A stretch of DNA of 60,417 bases, counting the filler, from Dehalococcoidia bacterium (GTDB lineage Bacteria; Chloroflexota; Dehalococcoidia; DSTF01; RBG-16-68-14): the NCBI GenBank assembly GCA_040882355.1. It is 3 parts of 2 records of this genome, joined end to end, with 100 filler letters (N's around TTAATTAATTAA, not from the genome) between each part and the next. Parts side by side here need not be neighbours in the genome. Positions count along the whole stretch, not along the records: positions 17,409 to 40,525 come from JBBEBM010000042.1; positions 40,626 to 60,417 come from JBBEBM010000044.1; 1 more part is not named here. One strand, given 5' to 3'. Every line of letters starts with the position of its first letter. Within the stretch, counting starts at the first letter, position 1. The position numbers and the translations under genes were made by a program. Positions 38,165 through 48,160 of this stretch are shown here, one piece after another. The notes under the pieces are model-generated. The model made no database searches, was not told the DNA's origin, and was given only the letters and a program-made list of their open reading frames with translations.

Positions 38165-39868
38165 CTAGGAAGCGCCGCCGCCCGCTCGCGGGGCTGTCGG
38201 TCGGGCCTCGGCGAGAGCCGCGCCGGCGAGCGGCTCGGGCGTCGGTCCGGCCGCCGGCGCTGGGGCCGCGACCGACGCTTCCTCGAAGTCCACGGTGGTG
38301 CGGAGGCGGACCTCCGGCAAGAGCAGCGTCACGACCAGCAGCGCGGCCGCTGCGAGCATGCCGGCAAAGAAGACCTCCGTGATCCCGTCGGCGAGCATGC
38401 TGCGCATGATGGCCAGGGACTGCTCGAAGACCTGCGAGCCGTTCGCGCCGAGGTCGGCGAAGCCGGCTCGCAGTCTGTCGACCGCTTCGGGGCTGAGCAG
38501 CGTGTTCGGTTCGCGGAGCTGCTCCAACAGCGGGGCGGGCGCGTCCTGCGCTTCCGGCGGCAGGCGATCGGGCAGGTCCGCGACGCTGGAGGTGATCAGC
38601 GTGCCGAAGACCGCCACGGCCAGCGTCCCACCGATCTGGCGGAAGAACTGGCTGGACGCCGACGCGACGCCAAGCTGGCGGTAGGGCAGAGCGTTCTGCG
38701 CGACCAGGTTCAGAATGGGCAGCGTAAGCCCCAGCCCGAACCCGATGAGCACCATGTTGCGCACCGCAGTCGCGTAGGCGGTATCTTCACTCATTCGCGA
38801 CAGTAGGAACATCCCGCCAACAAGCAGCGCCGCGCCCGCGATCAAGAACGGTCGCGCCACGCGGACACGCGCCAAGAGCTGGCCTGAGATGACCGACGCG
38901 ATCACCATACCCACCGTCGTCGGCATAAGCGTGACGCCGGAGTTCGTCGCGGACATGCCGAGCACTCCCTGGACGAAGAGGGTCATGTACGATAGGACGC
39001 CGAACATCACCATCCCCAGGAAGAACGCGGCGAGGTTCGCCATGGCGAACGCCCGGTTGCGGAAAAGCGAGGGCGGCAGCACCGGGTCCACGGCTCGCAG
39101 CTCGATCCAGATGAACGCGGCCAGGGCGATGGCCGACGTGGCGAACAGCCCGACGATCCGCGGCGAGGTCCAAGCATAGTCGCGGTTCCCGGCCCAGACG
39201 AGGCCGAGCAGCAGCGGCACGACGACGGCGATCAGCATCAAGCCACCGGCGTAGTCGACGTGGCGCTCGCCGTGCGGGCGGCGCATGTTTGGGAAGGCGA
39301 GGCCCAGCACGAGCAGCGCGGCCACCCCGAACGGGATGTTCACCAGGAAGACCCAGCGCCAGCTCAGGTGGTCGGTGAGGGCGCCGCCGACAAGCGGGCC
39401 GAGGATGCTCGAGAGGCCGAAGACGGCGGCGAAGAGGCCCTGGTAGCGAGCACGCTGCGCGGGCGGGAACAGCTCGCCGATCGTGGCGAAGGCGTTCGCC
39501 ATGATCAGCCCCGCGCCGACGCCCTGGAACGCCCGCGCCATGATGAGCTGCACCATGCTCTGCGACAGCCCCGCGAACACCGAGGTCACGGTGAAGAGCA
39601 CGACGCCAGCCATCAGGAACGGCTTGCGCCCGTAGAGATCGGAGAGCTTCCCGGCGAGCGGCACCGTGACGGTGGAGGTGAGGAGGTAGGCGGTGATCAC
39701 CCAGCTAAACAGGCTGAGCCCGCCCAGCTCGCCGATGATGCGCGGGAGCGCCGTGTTCACGACCGTCTGGTCGATCGCGGCGACGAAGAGCGCCATCAGT
39801 GTGCCGGTAACGACGACGGCCTTCTGGCGCGGCGACAGGTCGACGGCGAGGGGGCGCATCTCGCTCAT
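38165..39868 (-). CDS. DHA2 (EmrB/QacA) MFS efflux permease
   Basis: AAIDQTVVNTALP, GKLSDLYGRK, GPLVGG.LTD..SWRWVFLVNIP and D.VLP..LF. Confidence 0.93.
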   Translation of the reverse strand: MSEMRPLAVDLSPRQKAVVVTGTLMALFVAAIDQTVVNTALPRIIGELGGLSLFSWVITAYLLTSTVTVPLAGKLSDLYGRKPFLMAGVVLFTVTSVFAGLSQSMVQLIMARAFQGVGAGLIMANAFATIGELFPPAQRARYQGLFAAVFGLSSILGPLVGGALTDHLSWRWVFLVNIPFGVAALLVLGLAFPNMRRPHGERHVDYAGGLMLIAVVVPLLLGLVWAGNRDYAWTSPRIVGLFATSAIALAAFIWIELRAVDPVLPPSLFRNRAFAMANLAAFFLGMVMFGVLSYMTLFVQGVLGMSATNSGVTLMPTTVGMVIASVISGQLLARVRVARPFLIAGAALLVGGMFLLSRMSEDTAYATAVRNMVLIGFGLGLTLPILNLVAQNALPYRQLGVASASSQFFRQIGGTLAVAVFGTLITSSVADLPDRLPPEAQDAPAPLLEQLREPNTLLSPEAVDRLRAGFADLGANGSQVFEQSLAIMRSMLADGITEVFFAGMLAAAALLVVTLLLPEVRLRTTVDFEEASVAAPAPAAGPTPEPLAGAALAEARPTAPRAGGGAS

Positions 39869-40323
39869 GCCGGGGTCTCGCTCCACTGCACCGTCTCGGC
39901 GGCGGCGACGAGGCCGTCGAGCGCGCGCACGAGGTCGCGCACCTGCGCCTCGCTGAGGCGCGAGAGCACTTCGCCCAGGTAGGCGCGCGCTGCGATGTCG
40001 ATCTCTTCGAGCACGCAGCGGCCTTCGTCGGTGAGGCAGATGCGAACGAGGCGCCGGTCGTCGGGGTCCTCACGTCGCTCGATCAGGCTCTGGCGGACGA
40101 GGCGGTCGGTGAGGCCGCTGATCGTGGGCGCGGTCACGCGCATCCGCGAGGCGAGCGCGCCGACGGTTGCGCTGCCGCTCTCTCGGGCGAGGTACATCAG
40201 GCGGAGCTGCGGCATCGTCAGCCCGCGATTGTCCCAGAAGCGCAGGCGGATCGGGTCGGCGACGGCGAGGGCGCGGCCGTAGGCGCGCATCGCTTCGGAG
40301 AGAAGGTCGTCGGAGAGCGGCAT
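39865..40323 (-). CDS. MarR-family regulator
   Basis: LTMPQLR, TISGLTDRLV and DPDDRR..RI.LT.EG. Its stop overlaps the permease ATG. Confidence 0.92.
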   Translation of the reverse strand: MPLSDDLLSEAMRAYGRALAVADPIRLRFWDNRGLTMPQLRLMYLARESGSATVGALASRMRVTAPTISGLTDRLVRQSLIERREDPDDRRLVRICLTDEGRCVLEEIDIAARAYLGEVLSRLSEAQVRDLVRALDGLVAAAETVQWSETPA

Positions 40324-40338
40324 GTTAGGCCCTAGCAA

Positions 40339-40362
40339 ATAGTTAGCGTTACGCTAAGTATA
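40339..40362. promoter_or_regulatory. Probable MarR operator overlapping the -10 element
   Basis: TTAGCGT-T-ACGCTAA perfect 7-1-7 palindrome (40343-40357); minus-strand TATACT at 40357-40362. Confidence 0.65.
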
Positions 40363-40525
40363 TCGCCGAGCCAGCACCTTTGGCAAAGTGCCCGCCGGAG
40401 GATCGCACCCCCGAAGCCCAGGCTTCAGCCCTGGCGGGGCCGTCCCACGCTGCGGGCCGGGCCTGAGCCCGACGGCGTCAGCCTAAAGGCTGACCCGCCC
40501 GGAGAGAGCGAGAAGCGCCCCGGTG

Positions 40526-40625
40526 NNNNNNNNNNNNNNNNNNNNNNNNNNNNNNNNNNNNNNNNNNNNTTAATTAATTAANNNNNNNNNNNNNNNNNNN
40601 NNNNNNNNNNNNNNNNNNNNNNNNN
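40526..40625. other. Artificial contig-join spacer
   Basis: Same 100-bp N/TTAATTAATTAA linker. Confidence 0.98.
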
Positions 40626-40900
40626 CGTCTTCCGCCCCCTCCGGTTCGCCATCGGCACCGGCGCCCCCGCACCGCCGCCCCCGTTCGGCCCCGCCCCCTC
40701 CGAACCTAGCGCCCCGTCTCCCTGACCGCTGTCTTCCGGACGATCCATCGCAGACCTCCTCGTCGTGGTGAGGCCCAGGGTAGGGCCGCGTGAGCAGAGC
40801 CCGAAGGGGGAAGTGGCGTAGTGTGGCAAGATGGCGGCTAATGCGAGCGGGGCCTTCTCGACTCAAAGCGCGGTGGCTACTATAATGCGCAACAAATGGT

Positions 40901-42187
40901 ATGAGACAAGGCGAGCCCTTTCACAGGTGGGCTCACTACCCTATGGCGTTCGAGCCAGGGCAGGTGCGATTCCTCATCGATTCGCTTCCGACATGTGCCA
41001 CCCCTCGTCTGTTGGACCCGTTCTGTGGATCCGGTGTCTCCCTCGTGGAGGCTAAGTCCCTGCGCATACCCTCGGTGGGAATCGATGCCAACCCATGGGC
41101 CGTGATTCTGGCGCGCAGCAAGACCCAGTGGAACGTCAGGCCAGCCAAGCTCGCGAGCCTCGCAGACCAAATTGCGGACACCGTGACACGTCAACTGAAC
41201 CGAGACCGTCGTGCTGATCCTGGGCGCCGCTGGTTCCTCACGCCTGCCATCGCGTCTGACCCCGCGTTCGAGTACTTCACCGAATCCGGGATGGTGGAGC
41301 GAGGCTGGATCGGGCTCTCGGCCCTCGCCCGAACAATTCGGCTGAGGCAGGCAGTGGAAGCAATGGCCCAGGGCATGTATCGCGATGCGCTGCTAGTGGC
41401 GCTGGCCGCGACTGGGCGGGAGGACATGTCCAACCTGTCTAATGGCCCCGAGGTTTACGTTGGGTACAACGGAGCGAAGCGCCGCGATGTGGTAGCTGCG
41501 TGGCTCGAGAAAGTGTGCAACATAGCCCAAGATCTCGGCGAGACTGACAAGTCGCTCGCGCACGTACCTACCCGTGTGATCCACGGGGATTCACGGGCTT
41601 GTTCTACACTGGTACCGCCTGGTGAGCCCTTCTCGATGGTGGTGACCTCCCCGCCATATCCTGCTGACCATGACTATACGAGGAATGTAAGGCTTGAGCT
41701 GGCTCTTCTAGGATATGCCCGAGATAGGAGCTCTCTACAGGCGATCCGACGGCGCATGATTCGATCGCACAGCAAGTCCGTTTACAAGGGAGACGATGAT
41801 TCCTCATACCTGGGTCCTGGCGACCGCGGCGTGCTGAGAATAGTTGGGCAGCTACAACGCCTTGCCCAAGACCGGTCCGATGGCTTCGCTCGCCAGTATC
41901 CCAAAGTCGTTGCACACTACTTTGGCGGGCTCCTGCGTCATATCTATGACTTGACAGCCTTGCTTGCTCCGGGTGGCCACTGCGCGTTCGTGCTTGGAGA
42001 TCAACAGTCGTTTCTCAATGTCCCTATCCGCACGGCAAAATTGTTTGCTGACTTGATCGTCAAGCGTCCTGAGTTGAACCTGGACGTTCAGGGTATCGTT
42101 GAGCTTCGGCAACGCTACTCGCCAACCAGGCAGGTGTGCCTGAGCGAAAATGCGGTCATAATCGCGAAGCGAGACACGATTCAATGA
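40901..42187 (+). CDS. Amino-DNA methyltransferase, probably N4-cytosine, alpha-class motif order
   Basis: HRW..Y, motif I LLDPFCGSG then GIDANP, and later GDSR and motif IV VVTSPPY. Confidence 0.88.
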   Translation: MRQGEPFHRWAHYPMAFEPGQVRFLIDSLPTCATPRLLDPFCGSGVSLVEAKSLRIPSVGIDANPWAVILARSKTQWNVRPAKLASLADQIADTVTRQLNRDRRADPGRRWFLTPAIASDPAFEYFTESGMVERGWIGLSALARTIRLRQAVEAMAQGMYRDALLVALAATGREDMSNLSNGPEVYVGYNGAKRRDVVAAWLEKVCNIAQDLGETDKSLAHVPTRVIHGDSRACSTLVPPGEPFSMVVTSPPYPADHDYTRNVRLELALLGYARDRSSLQAIRRRMIRSHSKSVYKGDDDSSYLGPGDRGVLRIVGQLQRLAQDRSDGFARQYPKVVAHYFGGLLRHIYDLTALLAPGGHCAFVLGDQQSFLNVPIRTAKLFADLIVKRPELNLDVQGIVELRQRYSPTRQVCLSENAVIIAKRDTIQ

Positions 42188-43737
42188 CGCAGTTTCAAGA
42201 CATCTTGGTCTCCACAAAACTCCTGGGCCACATAAGCGAGGGATTTTATACCAGCCCGGCAGCGGCGATGAAGGAACTCATCAGCAACTCCTTCGATGCC
42301 GGGGCGACAAGAGTAGACCTCACTACGAACTGGCCCTACTTCGATATCTTCACTGCGACAGACAATGGCAGTGGGATGGAGGCTGCTGATTTTCGTAGCC
42401 TGATGCGAGGAGGGATTGGAACTAGTAAGAAGCGGGTAACGGGCGCGCCGCGTCCAGGGTATGGGCGACCTACGATCGGCAGGTTAGGTGTCGGCGTCCT
42501 TGCAATAGGGCAGTTCTGTCATTCGTTCCAATTTGAGTCTCACCATTCTGGAACACGTACGGCCTTCTCGGCCACTGTAAGCCTTACTCAAAAGGCGCCT
42601 CAGAGGCTCGATGAGTCGGATCCTAACCGCAAGAAATTTGATGTTGGAAAGTTCAAGGTGGAGCGGGTCCCATATGACGTGGAAAGGCGTGGTACGAGAA
42701 TCTTGTCGGACGATCTGAAGGAGAGCTTCATTCGCAAGATGGCGGCCTCGGTTCTCTTAGACGGAGAGCTAAAGCCGCCAGTTCAACGTGACTTTGTCGC
42801 GTTCTTCCAAGATGTCGCGCAATCGAGACGCGGCCTAGCCGACGCAGGAGAGTATGCCAAACTGATCTGGGGGCTGGCGCACTATGCCCCAGTCCAATAC
42901 ATGAATGATGGTCCGATTGAAGGTCGCCGGGTGGCTGTCGAGCATAAGGCTAGACTGGATGCGTACAAGTTCGAAGTCATTGTGGACGGTTGCTCGCTTA
43001 GGAAGCCGGTGCTCCTTCCCTCGTCGCGCCAGACAGCTCAAGGAGGCGTGGCACCACGCATCAATCCGTACTCTCTGCACATCGACAAGACGGTGCTAGG
43101 AGAGCGTTTGGAAGTGAAGGGCTATGTCGCGATCCAGTATGGCCAGGCTATACAGCCGCCTGAGTTGCGTGGCTTGGTGATTCGCGTTCGCGACGTCGCT
43201 ATCGGCACCTATGACCGGTCGCTGCTAGGCTATCCGTTCGTGGAGGGACCTCGCTCTGAGTGGGTCAGTGGCGAGCTGTACGTCGTATCTGGGCTAGAGG
43301 ACGCATTGACCGCGCCGAGAGAGACCTTCGACAGTCTTCACCCTCACTATGAACAGCTTCAGGACGCGGTATTCTCGACGCTCCATAACAGAGTATTTCC
43401 CGACGCCTACAAGGGAATAGCTGAGAGGACGCTGGCTCGCCGTGAGGAAGCTGCAGCGAAGCTGTTGATCGACGGGCAAACGCTCTTGGAAGAGGAGCTG
43501 GATCTCAAACTGCGAGTGGCGCGGGGCCCGACTCGTGTCAGCTCAGTACCCGTGGAGATAGATCTGAGGCGTGGGCGTGTTACCATCAACGAGTCGTACT
43601 CGTGGCCACGGGCTCGTGCGCGGAGGGACGTACTTCAACGAGTAGCTCTGGCGTTCGAGATTTCCCGACAGCTGGCTGGTAAAGCAGGCAGCGACCAGGC
43701 AGAGATGTTCTACCGCCTCCTCAGGAGACTGGTATAG
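42184..43737 (+). CDS. GHKL/MORC-family ATPase
   Basis: Y.SP..A.KELISNSFDAGA, DNGSGM, IGTS.K, IGRLGVG.LA, GT.I; S5-like GLVIRVRDV.IG..GEL....L....RE.F. ATGA-coupled to the methyltransferase. Confidence 0.88.
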   Translation: MTQFQDILVSTKLLGHISEGFYTSPAAAMKELISNSFDAGATRVDLTTNWPYFDIFTATDNGSGMEAADFRSLMRGGIGTSKKRVTGAPRPGYGRPTIGRLGVGVLAIGQFCHSFQFESHHSGTRTAFSATVSLTQKAPQRLDESDPNRKKFDVGKFKVERVPYDVERRGTRILSDDLKESFIRKMAASVLLDGELKPPVQRDFVAFFQDVAQSRRGLADAGEYAKLIWGLAHYAPVQYMNDGPIEGRRVAVEHKARLDAYKFEVIVDGCSLRKPVLLPSSRQTAQGGVAPRINPYSLHIDKTVLGERLEVKGYVAIQYGQAIQPPELRGLVIRVRDVAIGTYDRSLLGYPFVEGPRSEWVSGELYVVSGLEDALTAPRETFDSLHPHYEQLQDAVFSTLHNRVFPDAYKGIAERTLARREEAAAKLLIDGQTLLEEELDLKLRVARGPTRVSSVPVEIDLRRGRVTINESYSWPRARARRDVLQRVALAFEISRQLAGKAGSDQAEMFYRLLRRLV

Positions 43738-43744
43738 CCGTCAA

Positions 43745-44815
43745 GTGGCGATTGATTACGACACCGACGTGCCAAAGCAGTTCGTCCGTGAACGTGGCTG
43801 GCTCAAGGCTGCGCTACAGACGAGCAAGACGATCGGACCCGGTAGTGGGCTCCGCTACCTGACATTCTGCGCAGTCGAAGCGATCGACGTGTTCTTGCTG
43901 GATCTCCACGACCTCCTCGATCGCGACCCCGCTTCAGGAAAGTTTCGAGACGTCTATTTCTGCGAGCGAGGGCCCGACGCCTTCCGTGAGATATCCGGTA
44001 TTCTTGGTCTGCAGGGATTTCTCGGCGAATTCGAAGATATCGTGCTGTTCGAGGAGGAGGAGGGGCCCGACACGGCGAATCTCAAGCCCCTGGACCATGA
44101 GATAGAGGCGTCAGAACCCCAACGGCGGCGGCTGAGGGTGAAGCGGTCTGCCGCCAATTTCCGAGAGGCATTCCCCTTTGATGTTATCAACTTGGATTTC
44201 GATGGGACGCTGTTCCCGCCCCAACAGCCGGCGGACAGTCGCCTATTCCAGGCGGTCAAGCGCGTCATAGAATGGCAGCGGACTCCGCCATCTGGCGCGC
44301 AGGGGCCAGCAGAGTTTACGCTTTTCTTGACTACGCGGGTAGACAGAGACCGCTTTGGGAGTGAGGCGTTGAAGGTCCTGATCGACTTGGTAGAGGACAA
44401 TGTCGACCAAGACCCGGGGTTCAAGGCTGGGTTCGCGAAACGGTTCAGCGGGTCGCCGGCTGACGTGGCTGCAAACGATCTCGGTCCCTTTTGCGCTGCA
44501 AGCTTGCCTAAGCAGATCCTTGAGGACGCGGTTCATTTGTCCTGGAAGGCCCAGTACCGTGACATCTTCATCTACCGGCGCACGCCTAAGAACGGTTCTG
44601 AATACCATATGGTGAGCTTCGTCTGCCACTTCACGCGGATGCCGAAGAAGGTTTCGCTGAAAGCCATGCGAGACGTGCTGGCCGAGGCGACGGCCATTGT
44701 CGCGAACGAGCCTTGCGACGTAGATCGAGAACTCGGCGACTCGGCGATTCGTGACACGCTTAGGGCGAACTTGGCGGCGGTTGTTGAGCACCGCGCGAAG
44801 GCCACGAGCCCTTGA
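43745..44815 (+). CDS. Hypothetical protein with Rossmann/methyltransferase-like motifs
   Basis: 356 aa; LRYLTFCA..AIDV, VYFCE, FPFDVINLDF, FTLFLT and Y.....YHMVSF; 7 bp after the ATPase. Confidence 0.65.
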   Translation: MAIDYDTDVPKQFVRERGWLKAALQTSKTIGPGSGLRYLTFCAVEAIDVFLLDLHDLLDRDPASGKFRDVYFCERGPDAFREISGILGLQGFLGEFEDIVLFEEEEGPDTANLKPLDHEIEASEPQRRRLRVKRSAANFREAFPFDVINLDFDGTLFPPQQPADSRLFQAVKRVIEWQRTPPSGAQGPAEFTLFLTTRVDRDRFGSEALKVLIDLVEDNVDQDPGFKAGFAKRFSGSPADVAANDLGPFCAASLPKQILEDAVHLSWKAQYRDIFIYRRTPKNGSEYHMVSFVCHFTRMPKKVSLKAMRDVLAEATAIVANEPCDVDRELGDSAIRDTLRANLAAVVEHRAKATSP

Positions 44816-45139
44816 CGCAGCTGAGGTGCCGAAGAATGCACGGCACCATCGGTCGGGGGCATGGGGCCATCGCCAACTGCGGGCCGCTGTCCAGGGTGGT
44901 TGACCTTGCAGCGCGGGCAGTCACCAAGCGATACCGCCTGTCGGCAGCCAGACCTCGCTACCCTCACCCCGGCCCCTCTCGCGAACCCTAGGCTGGCCCC
45001 CCTGCCACCCGCCCCTTGGCGCTCTCGCCGCCCGGCCTTACCCTCGTGCTCTACAACTCGCCGTGGGGAGGGCCCTCCGAGGGCGGTCCTCTCAGATTCG
45101 GCGCAGGAAGGGAGGATCGCCGTGATCCGGCGAAAAAGG

Positions 45140-45162
45140 CGATTTTGCAAATCGTAATGACA
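45140..45162 (+). repeat. Dispersed intergenic repeat, copy 2
   Basis: CGATTTTGCAAATCGTAATGACA. Confidence 0.6.
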
Positions 45163-45289
45163 TGAACCGCGCGCCAGGCCGGGCGTCGCCCGCCGGCGCC
45201 CTCACGCTGCGGGCGCTATTTACTGTCGAAAGTCGCTCTGCTAGACTGCGCAGGCAAACGGACAGCCCATCTTGCACGGAGGTACAGCC

Positions 45290-45796
45290 ATGAAAGCCCT
45301 ACTTCGCCTCATCGACCGGATCAGCCCGCCGGAGACCGTCCACGCCCACTGCGACATCCCCTGCGGCATCTACGACCCGCACCTGGCGCAGATCGGCGCG
45401 CTCACCTGCATCCGCATGAACCAGCTCATCAACGACCTCGGCGACTCGCCGGGCCCGGGGGACAAGAAGAAGAATGACGCGTGGCACAGCTCGCTCGGCC
45501 GCTACATCACGGTGAAGGAGGAGCACGCGGAGCTGGTGAAGCGAGAGGTGCGCATCATCTGGGGCGACTTCTTCAAGCCGGAGCACCTGGAGAAGAGCCC
45601 TGACCTCCACGCCACGGTCTGGAACATCATGAAGGGCGGCTCCAAGGTGCGCCAGAACATCGACCTGGCCGCCGCGGAAGAGCTGCTCGCCGGGGTACAG
45701 AAGTTCGCCGAAGCGTTTTGGGCGGCGAAGGGCGTCAAGACCCAGCGAGTGCCGTCGCAGCAGGCCGTCGGCGGCGAGCTCGTCGTCCCGGCGTAA
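45290..45796 (+). CDS. sodN: Nickel superoxide dismutase precursor
   Basis: SD GGAGG; leader ending VHA then Ni-hook HCDIPCGIYDP; KEEHA..VK; IWGDFFKP. Confidence 0.96.
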   Translation: MKALLRLIDRISPPETVHAHCDIPCGIYDPHLAQIGALTCIRMNQLINDLGDSPGPGDKKKNDAWHSSLGRYITVKEEHAELVKREVRIIWGDFFKPEHLEKSPDLHATVWNIMKGGSKVRQNIDLAAAEELLAGVQKFAEAFWAAKGVKTQRVPSQQAVGGELVVPA

Positions 45797-45803
45797 GGCC
45801 ACG

Positions 45804-46124
45804 ATGCTGCGAACGCTCGGGGCGCTGGTGCCGCTCGGCCGCTATCGCGTGGCCGGGCGGAGCATGACGCCTGCGCTGATCGAAGGCGAACGCGTCCTCG
45901 TCAACAAGGCCGCCTACTGGTTCGCCACGCCGCGCCCCGACGACGTCGTCGTCCTGCGCGACCCGCGCGCGCCGCAACGATTGCTGATCAAGCGCATCGA
46001 ACGCGCGGCCGGCGTCGACGAGTGGCTGGTGGCCGGCGACAACCCGGACGCCAGCACCGACAGCCGCGCCTTCGGCCCCGTCGCCCGCGACGCCATCGTC
46101 GGCAAGGTGTGGCTGCGGTACTAG
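45804..46124 (+). CDS. sodX: Ni-SOD maturation protease (S26-like)
   Basis: V.G.SM.P.L, LIKRI and GDNP.ASTDSR.FGPV; directly after sodN. Confidence 0.92.
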   Translation: MLRTLGALVPLGRYRVAGRSMTPALIEGERVLVNKAAYWFATPRPDDVVVLRDPRAPQRLLIKRIERAAGVDEWLVAGDNPDASTDSRAFGPVARDAIVGKVWLRY

Positions 46125-46174
46125 GTTCGATCGCATCGTGCCCGGGCTGAAGGCCCGGGCCGAAGGTTCTAAGA

Positions 46175-46208
46175 AGAGGAGGGGCGTTCACAGAAACGCC
46201 CCTCCTCT
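46175..46208. terminator. Hairpin between convergent genes
   Basis: AGAGGAGGGGCGTT-N6-AACGCCCCTCCTCT 14-bp stem. Confidence 0.7.
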
Positions 46209-46227
46209 CAGTAAGCGCGAGCTGTCG

Positions 46228-47034
46228 CTACCTGGCGTCCATCGCCTCGGCCAGGTCGCGGGCATCCACACCCGTCGATCCGCCGGCGGGCGCCATCACG
46301 ATCACCATGCGCATCTGGTCGCCGTCGAGGAAGCCGTACATCTCCATCGCGATGCCGTCGGCGAACGGGTTGTCTTCCTCCGGCGCGCCCAACGCGCCGA
46401 GCAGGCCGGCGATGTCCATGGTCATGCGCATGCCGAACCCGCTCTCGCCCAGACCGTCGGCGTCGAGCACGTCGATCTCAGCGAAGCCGAGGCCGGACTC
46501 GCCGGCGAGGCTCTCGATCTCGTCGAGGTCGTCCTCGCTCAGATCGAAGCTTCCCATGTCTTCGAGCGCCTCAGGCGGCAGCACCGCGGCGGCGGACATC
46601 ACGATCGCGTTGAACTCACCGCTCTCGACGTCGCCGCTCATGAACATGCTCGCCGCCAGATCGAGGTCGCCCGCTTCGCTCGGCACGGAGTAGCCGAAGC
46701 TGCCCATGTCAAGGAAGTCGCCGGGCAGGTCGCCCGCGGTGAGGAGCGCCGCCGCCAGCGTCGGGTCCGGTTCGCCCATCGAGGCGGCGCTTCCGCTCAG
46801 GCCGCCCAATACGTCGAAGGGGTTGAACGCGGCGAAGGGATCGCCGCCCGCGTCGTCGCCCGACGCGCTGTCGGCGTCGTCTGTCGCGACGGCGCTGTCG
46901 TCGGTCGCCTGGGCGTCGGACCCGGGCGGGTCTGCGACCTCAGTGGGCGCGCTGCCGCTCTTGTCACCGCCGCTGTTGCAGGCGGCGAGGAGCAGCACGA
47001 GCGGGAGGAGCAGGAACGCGAGTTTTCGGGGCAT
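46228..47034 (-). CDS. Acidic lipoprotein of unknown function
   Basis: SD GGAGG; lipobox LAAC; ALLTAGDLP motif. Confidence 0.8.
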   Translation of the reverse strand: MPRKLAFLLLPLVLLLAACNSGGDKSGSAPTEVADPPGSDAQATDDSAVATDDADSASGDDAGGDPFAAFNPFDVLGGLSGSAASMGEPDPTLAAALLTAGDLPGDFLDMGSFGYSVPSEAGDLDLAASMFMSGDVESGEFNAIVMSAAAVLPPEALEDMGSFDLSEDDLDEIESLAGESGLGFAEIDVLDADGLGESGFGMRMTMDIAGLLGALGAPEEDNPFADGIAMEMYGFLDGDQMRMVIVMAPAGGSTGVDARDLAEAMDAR

Positions 47035-47163
47035 GAGACCTCCTTCTGGGGGCAAGGGTGCCCTGTCTCATCATCGGCCTGAGCTGAGCCCGACTTCAGG
47101 GCGGAGGGGCGCTAAGGGGTCGGCCAAGGGGCGTACGCCGCTGGATTGGCCGGGCCTACTAGC

Positions 47164-47796
47164 CTAGCTAGCGGACTGAGACGGGACCTTCTTCTCGAAG
47201 GGAGGGAAGAGCGACTCCAGCTCGAGCCGGATCGGGTCTTCCGGCGGCAGGTAGGCGCTGAAGTCGCCGTCCGGCTCGGGACGCTCGCGCTCGCCGGTGT
47301 GACCGGCATCACGGATGCGGTCCTGGAGCAGCATCAGGCCCTGGAGCAGCGACTCAGGCCTGGGCGGACAGCCCGGCACGTACACATCTACCGGTGCAAT
47401 CAGGTTGACGCCCGGGAGCGTACTGTAACCGAACGCAAATGGCCCGCCCATCGTCGCGCAACCGCCGAAGGCGATCACCCAGCGTGGTTCCGCCATCTGC
47501 AGGTAGATGCGGCGCACGGCGGGCGACATCTTCCACGTCACTGTGCCCGCCACGATCATCAGGTCGGCCTGGCGCGGCGAGGCGCGGAAGACCTCCGCGC
47601 CGAAGCGGGCGATGTCATAGCGGGAGGTGGCCGTGGCGATCATCTCGATCGCGCAGCAGGCGAGTCCGAACATCACCGGCCAGAGTGACGAGCTGCGCGC
47701 CCAGTTCAGCACCGAGTCGACGGAGGAGAGGAGCAGGTTTCCGCTCAGCTCGTCCTCGATGTCCGTGGTCAGCAGCGGGACTGCCTCTGAAGCCAT
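47164..47796 (-). CDS. nuoB: NADH-quinone oxidoreductase subunit B
   Basis: [22 protein letters not shown] and [14 protein letters not shown]. Confidence 0.96.
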   Translation of the reverse strand: MASEAVPLLTTDIEDELSGNLLLSSVDSVLNWARSSSLWPVMFGLACCAIEMIATATSRYDIARFGAEVFRASPRQADLMIVAGTVTWKMSPAVRRIYLQMAEPRWVIAFGGCATMGGPFAFGYSTLPGVNLIAPVDVYVPGCPPRPESLLQGLMLLQDRIRDAGHTGERERPEPDGDFSAYLPPEDPIRLELESLFPPFEKKVPSQSAS

Positions 47797-47901
47797 CGCG
47801 AGTTTGAGAACTCCTCACTGCGCATTCTAGGCGGTTGTGAACGAGGGCGCAATGGCGCCGAGTGCCGGTGAGCGAGTGGACATAAGCGCTGGAAGTGATA
47901 C

Positions 47902-47930
47902 TGGACAGAATGGTTATTGGGCACTACACT
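47902..47930 (+). promoter_or_regulatory. sigma70-type promoter upstream of the scaffoldin
   Basis: TGGACA-N17-TACACT. Confidence 0.55.
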
Positions 47931-48160
47931 TACCGTAATTCGAGGGGGAGCGGCGTCCATGAGGGGCCTGGTTCCTCCTCGATTTGTGTCTCAGTAGCTT
48001 GCTTCCGGCGGGCTTGTGGCAAGGACGCCTCAGTCCTCGCGATACGACTACTGCGCGTGGGCGTTTGGATTATGAACGGCTGCGAATGGTGGGGGCGCAG
48101 GCGAGCCGGAAGGCCGCCTGCTGCCTCTGCTTTGCGCGGGTGTCCTTTCTGGGAGGGAGA

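Noticed and set aside
40626..40749. Partial minus-strand ORF starting MDRPEDSG after a GGAGG
   Set aside because: Only ~41 low-complexity codons before the contig end; no product can be supported.
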